From: Lachnospiraceae bacterium
GTDB taxonomy: Bacteria > Bacillota_I > Bacilli_A > RFN20 > CAG-826
Assembly (NCBI GenBank): GCA_963660725.1
Contig: CAVKZU010000108.1
Location: forward strand, 1 to 48,481
Direction: 5' to 3'
Length of the DNA: 48,481 nt
How positions within the stretch are numbered: the stretch's first letter is position 1; every line of letters begins with the position of its first letter. The translations under genes and the position numbers were made by a program. Below are positions 10,621 to 19,471 of this stretch, in pieces. The notes below the pieces were generated by a model. The model was not told the DNA's origin. It saw nothing but the letters and a program-made list of their open reading frames with translations, and searched no databases.

Positions 10621-13101
10621 ATGAAAAAGTTTAATTTTAAAGAAAATAAAGAAATTACTAGATATAATCCTGATTTTTTACATGGATTAACTAGTGAAGA
10701 GGTAGAAGAAAGAAAGAAAAACGGATACATTAATAAAAAAGAAATTAAAGTATCTACTTCATTTTTTAAACTTATTTTAAAGAATATTTTTACATTTTTT
10801 AATATTACTTTAATTATTATTGGTGTAATTTTAATTGCTTTTAGACAATTTACTTCTTGTGTTTTCTTAGTAATTTTAATATTAAATACTGGAATTGGAT
10901 TATTTCAAGATATAAGAGCGAAAATTGCTTCAAGTCAACTTTCATTAGTGGAAGCTAGTAAAGTAAAAGTTATTAGAGATAATAAAGAAATTGAAATTAA
11001 TAGTGACTCTATTGTTTTAGATGATGTTATTAAACTTTCAAAAGATGAAAAAGTCCCTTGTGATAGTATTATTATTGAGGGTGAAGCTAGTTTTAATGAA
11101 TCTTTATTAACTGGTGAATCTTTACCATTAAAAAGAAAAATTGATGATGAAATTTACGCAGGAAGTTATGTTTTTCATGGAACTTGCTATGCTAGAGTTG
11201 ATAAGATTGGCGACGATAACTATATCAATAAATTACAATTAAAAAGTAAGGAATTTAAACAAACTAGAAGCAGAATGTTTGTTCAACTCAATAAATTATT
11301 CAAAACAATTGGTATTTTAGTAGTTATTTTAGGTGTTTTAGAAATTATCGAATTTGGAATTTCTGGAATTTTAAGTAAAAATGTTGACTTCCAAGGAATT
11401 TATGATTGGCTTGCTGGAGATGTTATTCGTCAATTAAGTGGATCTTTAGTATCTATGATTCCTTCAGGAATGTATCTTTTAACGTCTACTGCTTTAGCAG
11501 TTGGAGTATTTAATCTTACTAAAGAAAAAGTTTTAGTAAAAGATATGTATTCTCAAGAAACTTTAGCAAGAGTTGATACATTATGTATTGATAAAACAGG
11601 TACTATTACTGATGGAAATATGTCTGTTTTTGATTATGAATTAATCGATAAAAATCTTAAAAAAGACCGATTTGAAGCTTATGTTTCTTCATTTACTAAA
11701 GTTTTAGGTGACGATAACATTACTAGTAAAATTTTAAGCCAATATTTTACTAAAAAAGAAATTTTTGATTATACGGAAGTTATCCATTTTAATAGCGATA
11801 ATAAATATAGTGCGATTTCTTTTAAAGATGGTGGTACTTTAGTAATTGGTGCGTATAATTACTTTAAAATTACTAACGATGAAGAAGTTAAAGAAAAGAT
11901 TGAAGAATCATCATTAAATGGATTTAGAGTATTACTTGTTGGATTTTCAAAAGATTCTATTAAAAAAGAAAGTTTGCCTAAAAAGATAGATGCAATTGCA
12001 ATTATTAGACTTCAAGATCATATTAGAGATGATATAAAAACATGCATCAATTGGTTTAATAATAATGAAGTTAATATTAAAGTTATTAGTGGCGATAATC
12101 CTTTAACTGTTAGTAAGATTGCAGAAGCTAGTGGAATTTTAAATTCTAATAATTATATTTCTTTAGATTCTTTAAGTGATGAAGAAGTTAAAGAAGCTGC
12201 ATTAAAATATAATGTTTTTGGAAGAGTTTCTCCTTATCAAAAAGAATTAATTGTTAAAACTTTAAAAGAAAATGATCATACAGTTGCAATGGTTGGAGAT
12301 GGAATTAATGATATTTTATCTTTAAAGAGTGCTGATGTTTCGATTGCTCTTCAAAGTGGTAGTAAAGCAACAAAAGATATTGCATCTTTAGTTTTAGTAG
12401 ATAATAACTTTAATAAATTACCAAAAGTTATTTATGAAGGAAGAAGAGTTATTAATAATTTAAGTAGAACTTGTATGTTATTTTTAACAAAAACTGCTTT
12501 TTCCATTTTTATGAATATTTTCTTTTTATTTTATGGAATGATTACTACATTTGGTACAAAAAATGCTATTTTATGGCCTTTTTCTCCAAATAATTTCTAT
12601 TGTTGGGAACTTTTTACAATTGGAATTTCTTCATTCCTTTTAACTTTAGAAAATAATACTTCTAGAATTAAAGGTGATTTTTTAACAAATGCTTTTAAAC
12701 AAGCAATTCCTTTTGGAGTTACAATTGCTATTCCAGTTGCTGGTATTTATCTTGTATTCTTACTTAATGGATTTGGATTTGATAAAATTCAAATATTAAA
12801 TATTTGTACTTTATATATTTCTGTCGCGTCATTCTTTCCTCTTTTATATTCGTGTTTACCATTTAATACTTTTAGAACAGGGGTATTTATTGGAGGAATC
12901 TTATTATCAATGTTACTTTATGGATGGAGTATTGTTGGTACAAACTGGATGTTAATTAATGGAATAGAAGCTGCTGCACCTAGATTTTTAACTACAAGAG
13001 AGATTGTAGCAACTTTAATTATGTTAGCGTTTTATATTATTGTTACTTTTGCTCCTAGAATATTTATTGTGATAAAAAGGAAAATTAAACATGAAAACTG
13101 A
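10621..13101 (+). CDS. Cation-translocating P-type ATPase (HAD-IC family), specificity unknown
   Basis: 826 aa. Motifs: LTGESLP (A domain), CIDKTGTITDG (phosphorylation site), MVGDGINDILSLK (hinge). About 10 TM segments. The TM4 motif reads IPSGM where P2-type pumps have PEGL. It starts 3 nt after the upstream ABC gene. Confidence 0.88.
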   Translation: MKKFNFKENKEITRYNPDFLHGLTSEEVEERKKNGYINKKEIKVSTSFFKLILKNIFTFFNITLIIIGVILIAFRQFTSCVFLVILILNTGIGLFQDIRAKIASSQLSLVEASKVKVIRDNKEIEINSDSIVLDDVIKLSKDEKVPCDSIIIEGEASFNESLLTGESLPLKRKIDDEIYAGSYVFHGTCYARVDKIGDDNYINKLQLKSKEFKQTRSRMFVQLNKLFKTIGILVVILGVLEIIEFGISGILSKNVDFQGIYDWLAGDVIRQLSGSLVSMIPSGMYLLTSTALAVGVFNLTKEKVLVKDMYSQETLARVDTLCIDKTGTITDGNMSVFDYELIDKNLKKDRFEAYVSSFTKVLGDDNITSKILSQYFTKKEIFDYTEVIHFNSDNKYSAISFKDGGTLVIGAYNYFKITNDEEVKEKIEESSLNGFRVLLVGFSKDSIKKESLPKKIDAIAIIRLQDHIRDDIKTCINWFNNNEVNIKVISGDNPLTVSKIAEASGILNSNNYISLDSLSDEEVKEAALKYNVFGRVSPYQKELIVKTLKENDHTVAMVGDGINDILSLKSADVSIALQSGSKATKDIASLVLVDNNFNKLPKVIYEGRRVINNLSRTCMLFLTKTAFSIFMNIFFLFYGMITTFGTKNAILWPFSPNNFYCWELFTIGISSFLLTLENNTSRIKGDFLTNAFKQAIPFGVTIAIPVAGIYLVFLLNGFGFDKIQILNICTLYISVASFFPLLYSCLPFNTFRTGVFIGGILLSMLLYGWSIVGTNWMLINGIEAAAPRFLTTREIVATLIMLAFYIIVTFAPRIFIVIKRKIKHEN

Positions 13102-13603
13102 AGATTGCATTCAAAAAGAGGTAGTAAGATTAATTCATGAAATTTCTTTTAATAAAATAAGTGTTAATTTAATTTGTAAAAATTTAGATATTACAAGACA
13201 AGCATTTTATTATCATTATGAAAGTATATTTGATGTAATATACGCAATTTATTTATCAAATCCTATTAAAAATAAGGATTTAAATTCAATTAACGATGTA
13301 TTAAATGAAATTATTAAATATTTAGATGCACATAAAAAATTCCATAAACTTATTTATGAAAGTGCATCTAAAGAAATTTTATTAGATATAATTACATCTT
13401 ATTTAAATAAGTTTTTATTAAAATATTTAAATAAATTTAATTTTAAAGATGATAAAAAGAAGAGTATTTCAAGAATTTATAGTTATGGGTTATCAAATGA
13501 AATATTATTACTTTATTTTTCACTTAACGATAATGTTTTAGTGATAAATACTATAAATTCAATATTTAATGATGAAGTTATTAATAAAATAAAAAAAGAT
13601 TAA
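13091..13603 (+). CDS. TetR/AcrR-family transcriptional regulator (DhaS-like)
   Basis: 170 aa. The N-terminal HTH ISVNLICKNLDITRQAFYYHYESIFDV matches the TetR 'T...ia...gvsr.tfY.hF' pattern. It overlaps the P-type ATPase stop by 11 nt. Confidence 0.7.
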   Translation: MKTEDCIQKEVVRLIHEISFNKISVNLICKNLDITRQAFYYHYESIFDVIYAIYLSNPIKNKDLNSINDVLNEIIKYLDAHKKFHKLIYESASKEILLDIITSYLNKFLLKYLNKFNFKDDKKKSISRIYSYGLSNEILLLYFSLNDNVLVINTINSIFNDEVINKIKKD

Positions 13604-13687
13604 TTTATATTTATATAAGAATGTGTTAATATTTATAAAGCATGTTCTAATTAAATACACTTTTGTTGATTTAAAAGGAGAAATTTT

Positions 13688-14767
13688 ATGCGAAAAGAAG
13701 ATATTAAAGGTACTATTGTTTATATAGTAATGCTTGCGATTGTAATACTTGTTGCATTCTATGTAATTCAACCTAATTTTCATTATATTACAAATAATTT
13801 AAGTCAAAGTGGTGCTATTGGTTGTATTATTTTAAGTTTAGTTATTGGGTTATTTTTAAATGCTTTATTAATTGAACTTGGACACTTAATTGGTGCAAAA
13901 GTAGGTGGTTATGAAGTTTATTTATGTAATATTTTAGGTTTCTGTTTTTATAAAAAAGATAAAGAAAGCAAGAAAAAATCATTCAAATTTGCTGAATTTG
14001 ATGGTATTAGTGGAGAAACTAAGATAGTTTTAAAGAAAGAAACTGGAAAACCTAGAAGTTATATTCTTTTACCTATTTTATTTATTTTAATTGAAGCAAT
14101 TATTTTACTTGTATTTATTACTTTAATTACTGATACAAGTAGTTTAGCTTTTTTAAAGTATTCAATGATTATTTGCTTAACAATTGGCGGAATTTTAGTT
14201 CTTTATGATTATATTCCTATGGAACTTGATTCATTAACTGACGGTTATAAATATGTTGTTACAAGTAAGAAAACTAATATTGAAGCATATAACGAATATT
14301 TAAGAATTCAATATGAATTATTTTATGGATCAAAAGATTTAAACTTTAAAGTTTTTGATGAAATTAATGATTACACCTCAAGAATTAACTTATTATCTTT
14401 ATATAGATTAATTAATGAAAATAAGATTGATGAAGCACTAGAATTAGTTAATAAAATTATTGATGGTAAAGTAGGATCTACTAGTAAAGAATACGCTTTA
14501 TTAAATAAATTTTATTTATTATGTTTAAAGAAAGAAAATGTTAAAGAATTCTTTGATACATTAAGTGATGAAACAAAAAAAGATATCAAAAATACAAAAA
14601 CTTTAATTGGATGTAGATGTTATTATGGATATTTATTAAACATCGATAAATCCGAAAGTGAAATAAATTTTATTAAATCAAAAGTTAAAACATTAGCAAA
14701 AAAATCTAGAGAAGATTTTAGTGAAGAAGAGATTAAATTATTTGATTTATTAAGCGAATCAAAGTAA
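13688..14767 (+). CDS. Polytopic membrane protein with S2P/M50-like (or DUF3267 zincin-like) features and a helical-repeat C-terminal domain
   Basis: 359 aa with a GGAG RBS. LLIELGHLIGAKVGG lies in a TM helix (an HExxH-like position, but the first residue is Ile). YIPMELDSLTDGYKY resembles the second S2P motif (P...LDG). The C-terminal ~170 aa are soluble and helical. Confidence 0.45.
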   Translation: MRKEDIKGTIVYIVMLAIVILVAFYVIQPNFHYITNNLSQSGAIGCIILSLVIGLFLNALLIELGHLIGAKVGGYEVYLCNILGFCFYKKDKESKKKSFKFAEFDGISGETKIVLKKETGKPRSYILLPILFILIEAIILLVFITLITDTSSLAFLKYSMIICLTIGGILVLYDYIPMELDSLTDGYKYVVTSKKTNIEAYNEYLRIQYELFYGSKDLNFKVFDEINDYTSRINLLSLYRLINENKIDEALELVNKIIDGKVGSTSKEYALLNKFYLLCLKKENVKEFFDTLSDETKKDIKNTKTLIGCRCYYGYLLNIDKSESEINFIKSKVKTLAKKSREDFSEEEIKLFDLLSESK

Positions 14768-14772
14768 AAGAA

Positions 14773-14807
14773 AAATCCATTAGAGAAAGAATCTAATGGA
14801 TTTTTTA
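14773..14807. terminator. Bidirectional rho-independent terminator between convergent genes
   Basis: Stem AAATCCATTAG / CTAATGGATTT flanked by an A-run and a T-run. Confidence 0.75.
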
Positions 14808-14820
14808 TATTTTTAATTAA

Positions 14821-15456
14821 TTATTCAGTTTTTGTGTCTTCTTTAATGTCGTTTTGCTTTTCTAAAAGTGCTTTAATATCACTTAATAATTCAACTTCAG
14901 TTGGTGCTTTTGGAACTTCAGGAGTAGGAACAGGTCTTTCTTCTGGGTGTTTTTGATAATATAATTCAAGTTCAGCTGCTTTAATTTCGTCTCTTTTCTT
15001 TTGTAAATATGCAAATACTTTAACAACTGTGAATAAAAATAATGAAATAATTAAGAATGTAATAACTGCATTAATTAATGTTCCCCAATCAATAACTGCT
15101 AAACCTTTATAATAATATGTTGAACCTCTTAAAATATAATTATCTTTAATTGATGCAAAATTATCTAAGGTTCCGACTTTACTAGTCCAATCAGAAACGC
15201 TATATGATGCATTTAAACCTAATGCTTCATAACCTTTTTGTGTATCATTAACAGCAGGTAAAACAGTGACAAGTCCAGCAATACCGCCAGGAACTCCCCA
15301 AGTACAAATTGATAATAAAATATTTGTAACTGCTGTGACGATAGCACTGAATGCACTACCCATAATGACACCAACAGCCATATCAATGACATTTCCTTTT
15401 GAGATAAATTTCTTAAATTCTTGCCATAATTTGATTCTTTCCTTCTTTTCTGACAT
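14821..15456 (-). CDS. mscL: Large-conductance mechanosensitive channel
   Basis: FKKFISKGNVIDMAVGVIMGSAFSAIVTA matches the MscL N-terminus and TM1. At 211 aa it is long because of an expanded TM1-TM2 loop and an acidic C-terminal tail. Confidence 0.88.
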   Translation of the reverse strand: MSEKKERIKLWQEFKKFISKGNVIDMAVGVIMGSAFSAIVTAVTNILLSICTWGVPGGIAGLVTVLPAVNDTQKGYEALGLNASYSVSDWTSKVGTLDNFASIKDNYILRGSTYYYKGLAVIDWGTLINAVITFLIISLFLFTVVKVFAYLQKKRDEIKAAELELYYQKHPEERPVPTPEVPKAPTEVELLSDIKALLEKQNDIKEDTKTE

Positions 15457-15551
15457 AAAATACTCCTTTTTTTTGATATTATCAATTATAAATGATTTAA
15501 AAATGTTTGTTAATATTTTAAATTATTTTATAATATTAAGAGAGGTTATTT

Positions 15552-16412
15552 ATGAATAAAGTAATAGTAATGACTGATTCTACTTGTGATTTATCAGATG
15601 AATTAGTTAAAAAATATGATATTAAGGTATACCCTTTACATGTCACATTTCCTGGAGATAATAAAGATTATTTAGATGGAAAAAATGTTTTTCCAGAAGA
15701 AGTTTATAAAAGATGTGAAGAAAATGGATTTACCCCTAAAACTGGAGCGATTAATATAATTGAATTTGTTAATTATTTTAAAGAATATATCGATAAAGGT
15801 TATGATATTATTTATACAGGAATTGGTGCTAATCTTTCATCATCTTATAATAATGCGTTAGTTGCAAGTAAAGAATATCCTGAAGGAAGAATTGAGGTTG
15901 TTGATAGTGAAAATTTATCAACAGGTACTGGTCTTCTAGTTTTAAAAATGTGTCTTTTTAGAGATCAAGGTGATGATGTTCATACTATTGCTAAAAAGGT
16001 TAGAGAATTAACTAAAAAAGTAAGTGCTAAATTCTGCATTGATACATTAACTTATCTTTATAAAGGTGGAAGGTGTAGCGGGATGACTTCTATGCTTGCA
16101 GGTATTTTAAAAATCCATCCTATTGCAAAAATGATTGATGGAAAATTAACAGTATATCAAAAACCTAGAGGTAAATACCTTAAAGCAGTTGATCTTCAAA
16201 TTGAAGAATTTGTAAAAGATTTACCAAATATGGATAAATCTGCAATATTTATTACTCATAGTGGAAGAATTGATGGAATTGATGAATATGTTTATGAAAA
16301 ATTAAAACAATATGTTTCAAGTGATTCAATTTTTATTACTAGAGCAGGTTGTGTTGTTTCAAGTCATTGTGGTCCTAAAACAATTGGAATTTTATACATT
16401 TTAAATAATTAA
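15552..16412 (+). CDS. DegV-family fatty-acid-binding protein
   Basis: 286 aa. VIVMTDSTCDLSDE, ITHSG and the overall DegV layout are present. Confidence 0.85.
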   Translation: MNKVIVMTDSTCDLSDELVKKYDIKVYPLHVTFPGDNKDYLDGKNVFPEEVYKRCEENGFTPKTGAINIIEFVNYFKEYIDKGYDIIYTGIGANLSSSYNNALVASKEYPEGRIEVVDSENLSTGTGLLVLKMCLFRDQGDDVHTIAKKVRELTKKVSAKFCIDTLTYLYKGGRCSGMTSMLAGILKIHPIAKMIDGKLTVYQKPRGKYLKAVDLQIEEFVKDLPNMDKSAIFITHSGRIDGIDEYVYEKLKQYVSSDSIFITRAGCVVSSHCGPKTIGILYILNN

Positions 16413-16416
16413 AATT

Positions 16417-16450
16417 AAAATAGAGATGATTCGTTTCATCTCTATTTTTT
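16417..16450 (+). terminator. Rho-independent terminator after degV
   Basis: Stem AAAATAGAGATGA / TCATCTCTATTTT followed by a T-run. Confidence 0.75.
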
Positions 16451-16451
16451 A

Positions 16452-16482
16452 TACAAAAAAAGAGGATTTTAAGTCCTCTTTA
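16452..16482 (-). terminator. Rho-independent terminator after pmbA (minus strand)
   Basis: Stem AGAGGA / TCCTCT followed by a T7 run when read on the minus strand. Confidence 0.6.
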
Positions 16483-16487
16483 ATTTA

Positions 16488-17807
16488 TTATCCACTAACT
16501 TTTAAGTTTTTAACTGCTATTGATGGAGTAGAAACACTTGATAAAGTTAATTTTGAATTATTTCCTACTGCAATGACATCATTAAATAATTTATATAAGT
16601 TACCTGCAACTGTGAATAATTCTAATGCTTCTGATTTTTTACCATCTTTAATTAAGAAGCCAGCACTTTGTAATGAGAAATCACCACTTTGTGCATTTAA
16701 TCCAGCATGTAATCCGTTGATTTCTGTTAAATAAACACCATCTTTTACTTTATCAAATAATTGTTCTTCTGATAATTTACCTGGTTTTAAAACGATATTA
16801 TCAAATGCAATACCCATTTTTCCACCCATTCTAGCAGCATTTCCAGTTGATTCAACACCATCTTTTTTAGCTGTTTCTAAGTTGTAAAAATATGTTAATA
16901 ATTTTCCATGATCAATGACTTTTTTATCATAACATGCAACACCTTCATCATCAAAATATTGGAAGAAACAGTTTTTTGTTAATGGTTTTTCATCAACACT
17001 GATTTTTTTAGAAACAATTTGTTCGTTTAATTTACCTTCCATTAAAGAAGTGTGTTTTTGAACTGATTCTGCTGAAAGATTAGAAAGTAAAGCACTTAAT
17101 AAACTTGAAACACAATCTGGATTTAAAACCATCTTTGTTTTTCTTGCTTTACCAATTGGAGTAGCGTGTAATTGAGAAACAGCTTCATCAACGATTTTCT
17201 TAGCGAATTTTTCTAAATCGAATTTAGATGGATCACTATCTAAGAAAATATCTCCACCTGATTTAACTTCATCGCCTTCTTTAACAACAACTGAACCTGA
17301 AAAATAGAAATAATTTGATTTATTTTTTAAACTTAAACCGTGTGAATTAGCAAGTTGTGATTCACTTGAAGATTCACTATAAGTAACTTCAACTTCTGTA
17401 ACTCTTGAATCTAATGATTTTAATAAATCTTCTAATTTATGTAATTTTTCTAATTTATCTTTTGTATCCCATTCTTCTAATGCTTTTGAATAAACATTTT
17501 TACGGGAATATTTTTTACTTCCTTTAAAGATAATTGGTTCTTCTTTTTTCTCAATTAATTGAGAATTTTTCTTAATTGCTTCAACTAATTCTTTTGGAGA
17601 ATCTTTTTCGTCTTTTTCAGTTCTAACAAGGCCCATTTTACCTTTATAGATACCACGAGCAATAAAACTTGTTGATGAAGAAGATGAATAATTATCTAAT
17701 TCACCATGGAATAATGAGAATGAAAGACTTGCTGACTTATTTCCAACAATTTCACATTCTTCGATACCACTTTCTTTAGCAAGTGATAAAAATTTCTTAA
17801 AATTCAT
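16488..17807 (-). CDS. pmbA: PmbA/TldE-family metalloprotease subunit
   Basis: PmbA_TldD fold and length. It is translationally coupled to tldD, with an 11-nt overlap at ATGAATTTTAA. I prefer the start MNFKKFLSLAKE at 17807; the track's longer start at 17846 lies deep inside tldD. Confidence 0.8.
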   Translation of the reverse strand: MNFKKFLSLAKESGIEECEIVGNKSASLSFSLFHGELDNYSSSSSTSFIARGIYKGKMGLVRTEKDEKDSPKELVEAIKKNSQLIEKKEEPIIFKGSKKYSRKNVYSKALEEWDTKDKLEKLHKLEDLLKSLDSRVTEVEVTYSESSSESQLANSHGLSLKNKSNYFYFSGSVVVKEGDEVKSGGDIFLDSDPSKFDLEKFAKKIVDEAVSQLHATPIGKARKTKMVLNPDCVSSLLSALLSNLSAESVQKHTSLMEGKLNEQIVSKKISVDEKPLTKNCFFQYFDDEGVACYDKKVIDHGKLLTYFYNLETAKKDGVESTGNAARMGGKMGIAFDNIVLKPGKLSEEQLFDKVKDGVYLTEINGLHAGLNAQSGDFSLQSAGFLIKDGKKSEALELFTVAGNLYKLFNDVIAVGNNSKLTLSSVSTPSIAVKNLKVSG

Positions 17808-19203
17808 CGATAGATCCTCCTCTACCACCAACAACGATTTCATCAATTCTTATAGTAGGTTGTCCAACGTTAACTGGAATTGAACCACTAACACTACCAC
17901 ACATACCACAACCAAATGCAACATCATTACCAACCATATCAATATGTTTTAAAATGTCTTTTGCATTTCCAACAAGTGTAGCGCCTCTAACTGGGCAAAG
18001 AATTTTTCCATCTTTAACAATATAAGCTTCATTACAACCAAAGTTGAAATCACCAGTAGCTGGATTAACGCTACCTCCACCGAAACTTACAGCGTATAAA
18101 GCTAATTTTGTATTAGCAATAATTTCTTCAGGTGTTGATTTACCTGCAGCAATATATGTATTTGACATTCTAGAAGTTGGTTCATATTTATAGGATTGAC
18201 GTCTACCTGCACCATTTCCTTTTTCACCCATTCTTCTACCATTGAAATTATCAACTAAGTATCCTGTTAAAATACCATCTTTAATAAGTTCATTACATTG
18301 TGGTACTCCACCTTCGTCATCAAGGTCTCCACTACCCCATTCATTTGAAAGTGAACCATCATCATATGCACTAACGATTGGACTTGCGATTTGTTGTCCT
18401 TTCATACCTGAGAAGACACTTAAACCTTTTGCAACAGAAGTTGCTTCAAGTTGGTGACCACAAGCTTCGTGGAAGATAACTCCACCCCAACCATTTCCAA
18501 TAATAACTGGGAATTTTCCACTTGGACATTCTTTAGCTTCTAACATTAAAATAACTTTTTCAGCATTATTTTTTGCTAAAGCTTTAACATCTAAATCACG
18601 AGTAAAGTATTCAAAACCTGCTTGAGTACCTGGACCATCGAATCTAGTTTCAATTTTTCCATTTTCACTAGCAACACTAGCAAGAGCTAAACGTGAATAT
18701 TCTCTCTTTGTATTCCAGCATTTACCATCACTATTATAAATTGTGACATCACTAGTCCAATTTAAGAAGTTAACTTGAACTCTAATAATTCTTTTATCGT
18801 AAGATGAAATAATTTTTCCTGTATCTTTTAAGAAATCAATAATTTCTTCTTCTGGAACTTGAGAAGATGGACGTTCTACCTTATGAATGTTTTTTACTCT
18901 AACCTTTTTAAAAGAATCTATTTCATTAACAGATCTTTTATCATTAAAAGAAGCTGCTAAATCGTGAGCTAATTTTAATAATGATTTTTTACTTAAATCA
19001 TTTGTGTAGCCATAGACACTTTGGAATTTACATAAAAGTCTTAAACCTACACCATATGTTGTTGAGTCATTAATTGCTTCAACTTCGCCGTTATCAACTG
19101 AGAAAGATTTATTGTGTGTATCTTCATAATAAATTTCAGCAAAATCAGCACCTGTACTTGTTGCAGCATTAATAACTTCTAAAGCTAATTTTTTACTTAA
19201 CAT
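17797..19203 (-). CDS. tldD: TldD metalloprotease
   Basis: 468 aa with the HEACGHQLE (HExxxH) zinc motif, GGSVNPATGDF and a typical TldD C-terminus. GGAGG RBS. Confidence 0.9.
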   Translation of the reverse strand: MLSKKLALEVINAATSTGADFAEIYYEDTHNKSFSVDNGEVEAINDSTTYGVGLRLLCKFQSVYGYTNDLSKKSLLKLAHDLAASFNDKRSVNEIDSFKKVRVKNIHKVERPSSQVPEEEIIDFLKDTGKIISSYDKRIIRVQVNFLNWTSDVTIYNSDGKCWNTKREYSRLALASVASENGKIETRFDGPGTQAGFEYFTRDLDVKALAKNNAEKVILMLEAKECPSGKFPVIIGNGWGGVIFHEACGHQLEATSVAKGLSVFSGMKGQQIASPIVSAYDDGSLSNEWGSGDLDDEGGVPQCNELIKDGILTGYLVDNFNGRRMGEKGNGAGRRQSYKYEPTSRMSNTYIAAGKSTPEEIIANTKLALYAVSFGGGSVNPATGDFNFGCNEAYIVKDGKILCPVRGATLVGNAKDILKHIDMVGNDVAFGCGMCGSVSGSIPVNVGQPTIRIDEIVVGGRGGSIDEF

Positions 19204-19471
19204 ATTTTTATTGCCTCCAATGATTAAATTTTAAATGCTTTCAAATTTTTGTAAAGAAAAAAGCACTATTTTAATGTAAAGTTTTCTTTACAAATCTAAA
19301 AAATATTCTTTACATATCTAATTTATAATATAATTTGATAATAAAAATTAAAAATTTTAAAGATATAACAAACAAAATTCATTTTTATTTTATTAAAAAA
19401 TAAATTTTAGAAAATAGTTAAAATATAAGTACTATAATGTTAAAATAAAATAAAAAAAAGGAGTTTATAAC

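Noticed and set aside
13559-13783. A 74-aa minus-strand ORF spanning the gap between the TetR gene and the membrane-protein gene.
   Set aside because: It is an AT-rich run-through of an intergenic region and overlaps the ends of two well-supported plus-strand genes.
15473-15485. Palindrome TTGATATTATCAA just upstream of the mscL RBS, which resembles an FNR/CRP half-site arrangement.
   Set aside because: Its spacing (TTGAT-N3-ATCAA) does not fit the FNR TTGAT-N4-ATCAA consensus. Short, almost pure A/T palindromes are expected by chance in this composition.
15219-15559. ORFs at 15219-15485 (minus) and 15266-15559 (plus) overlapping mscL and its promoter region.
   Set aside because: They are alternative frames or the antisense of the well-supported mscL gene, and they run through the mscL RBS and the intergenic region.
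16426-16734. A 102-aa plus-strand ORF that starts inside the degV terminator and runs antisense to the pmbA 3' end.
   Set aside because: It begins within a terminator hairpin and is antisense to a motif-supported gene.
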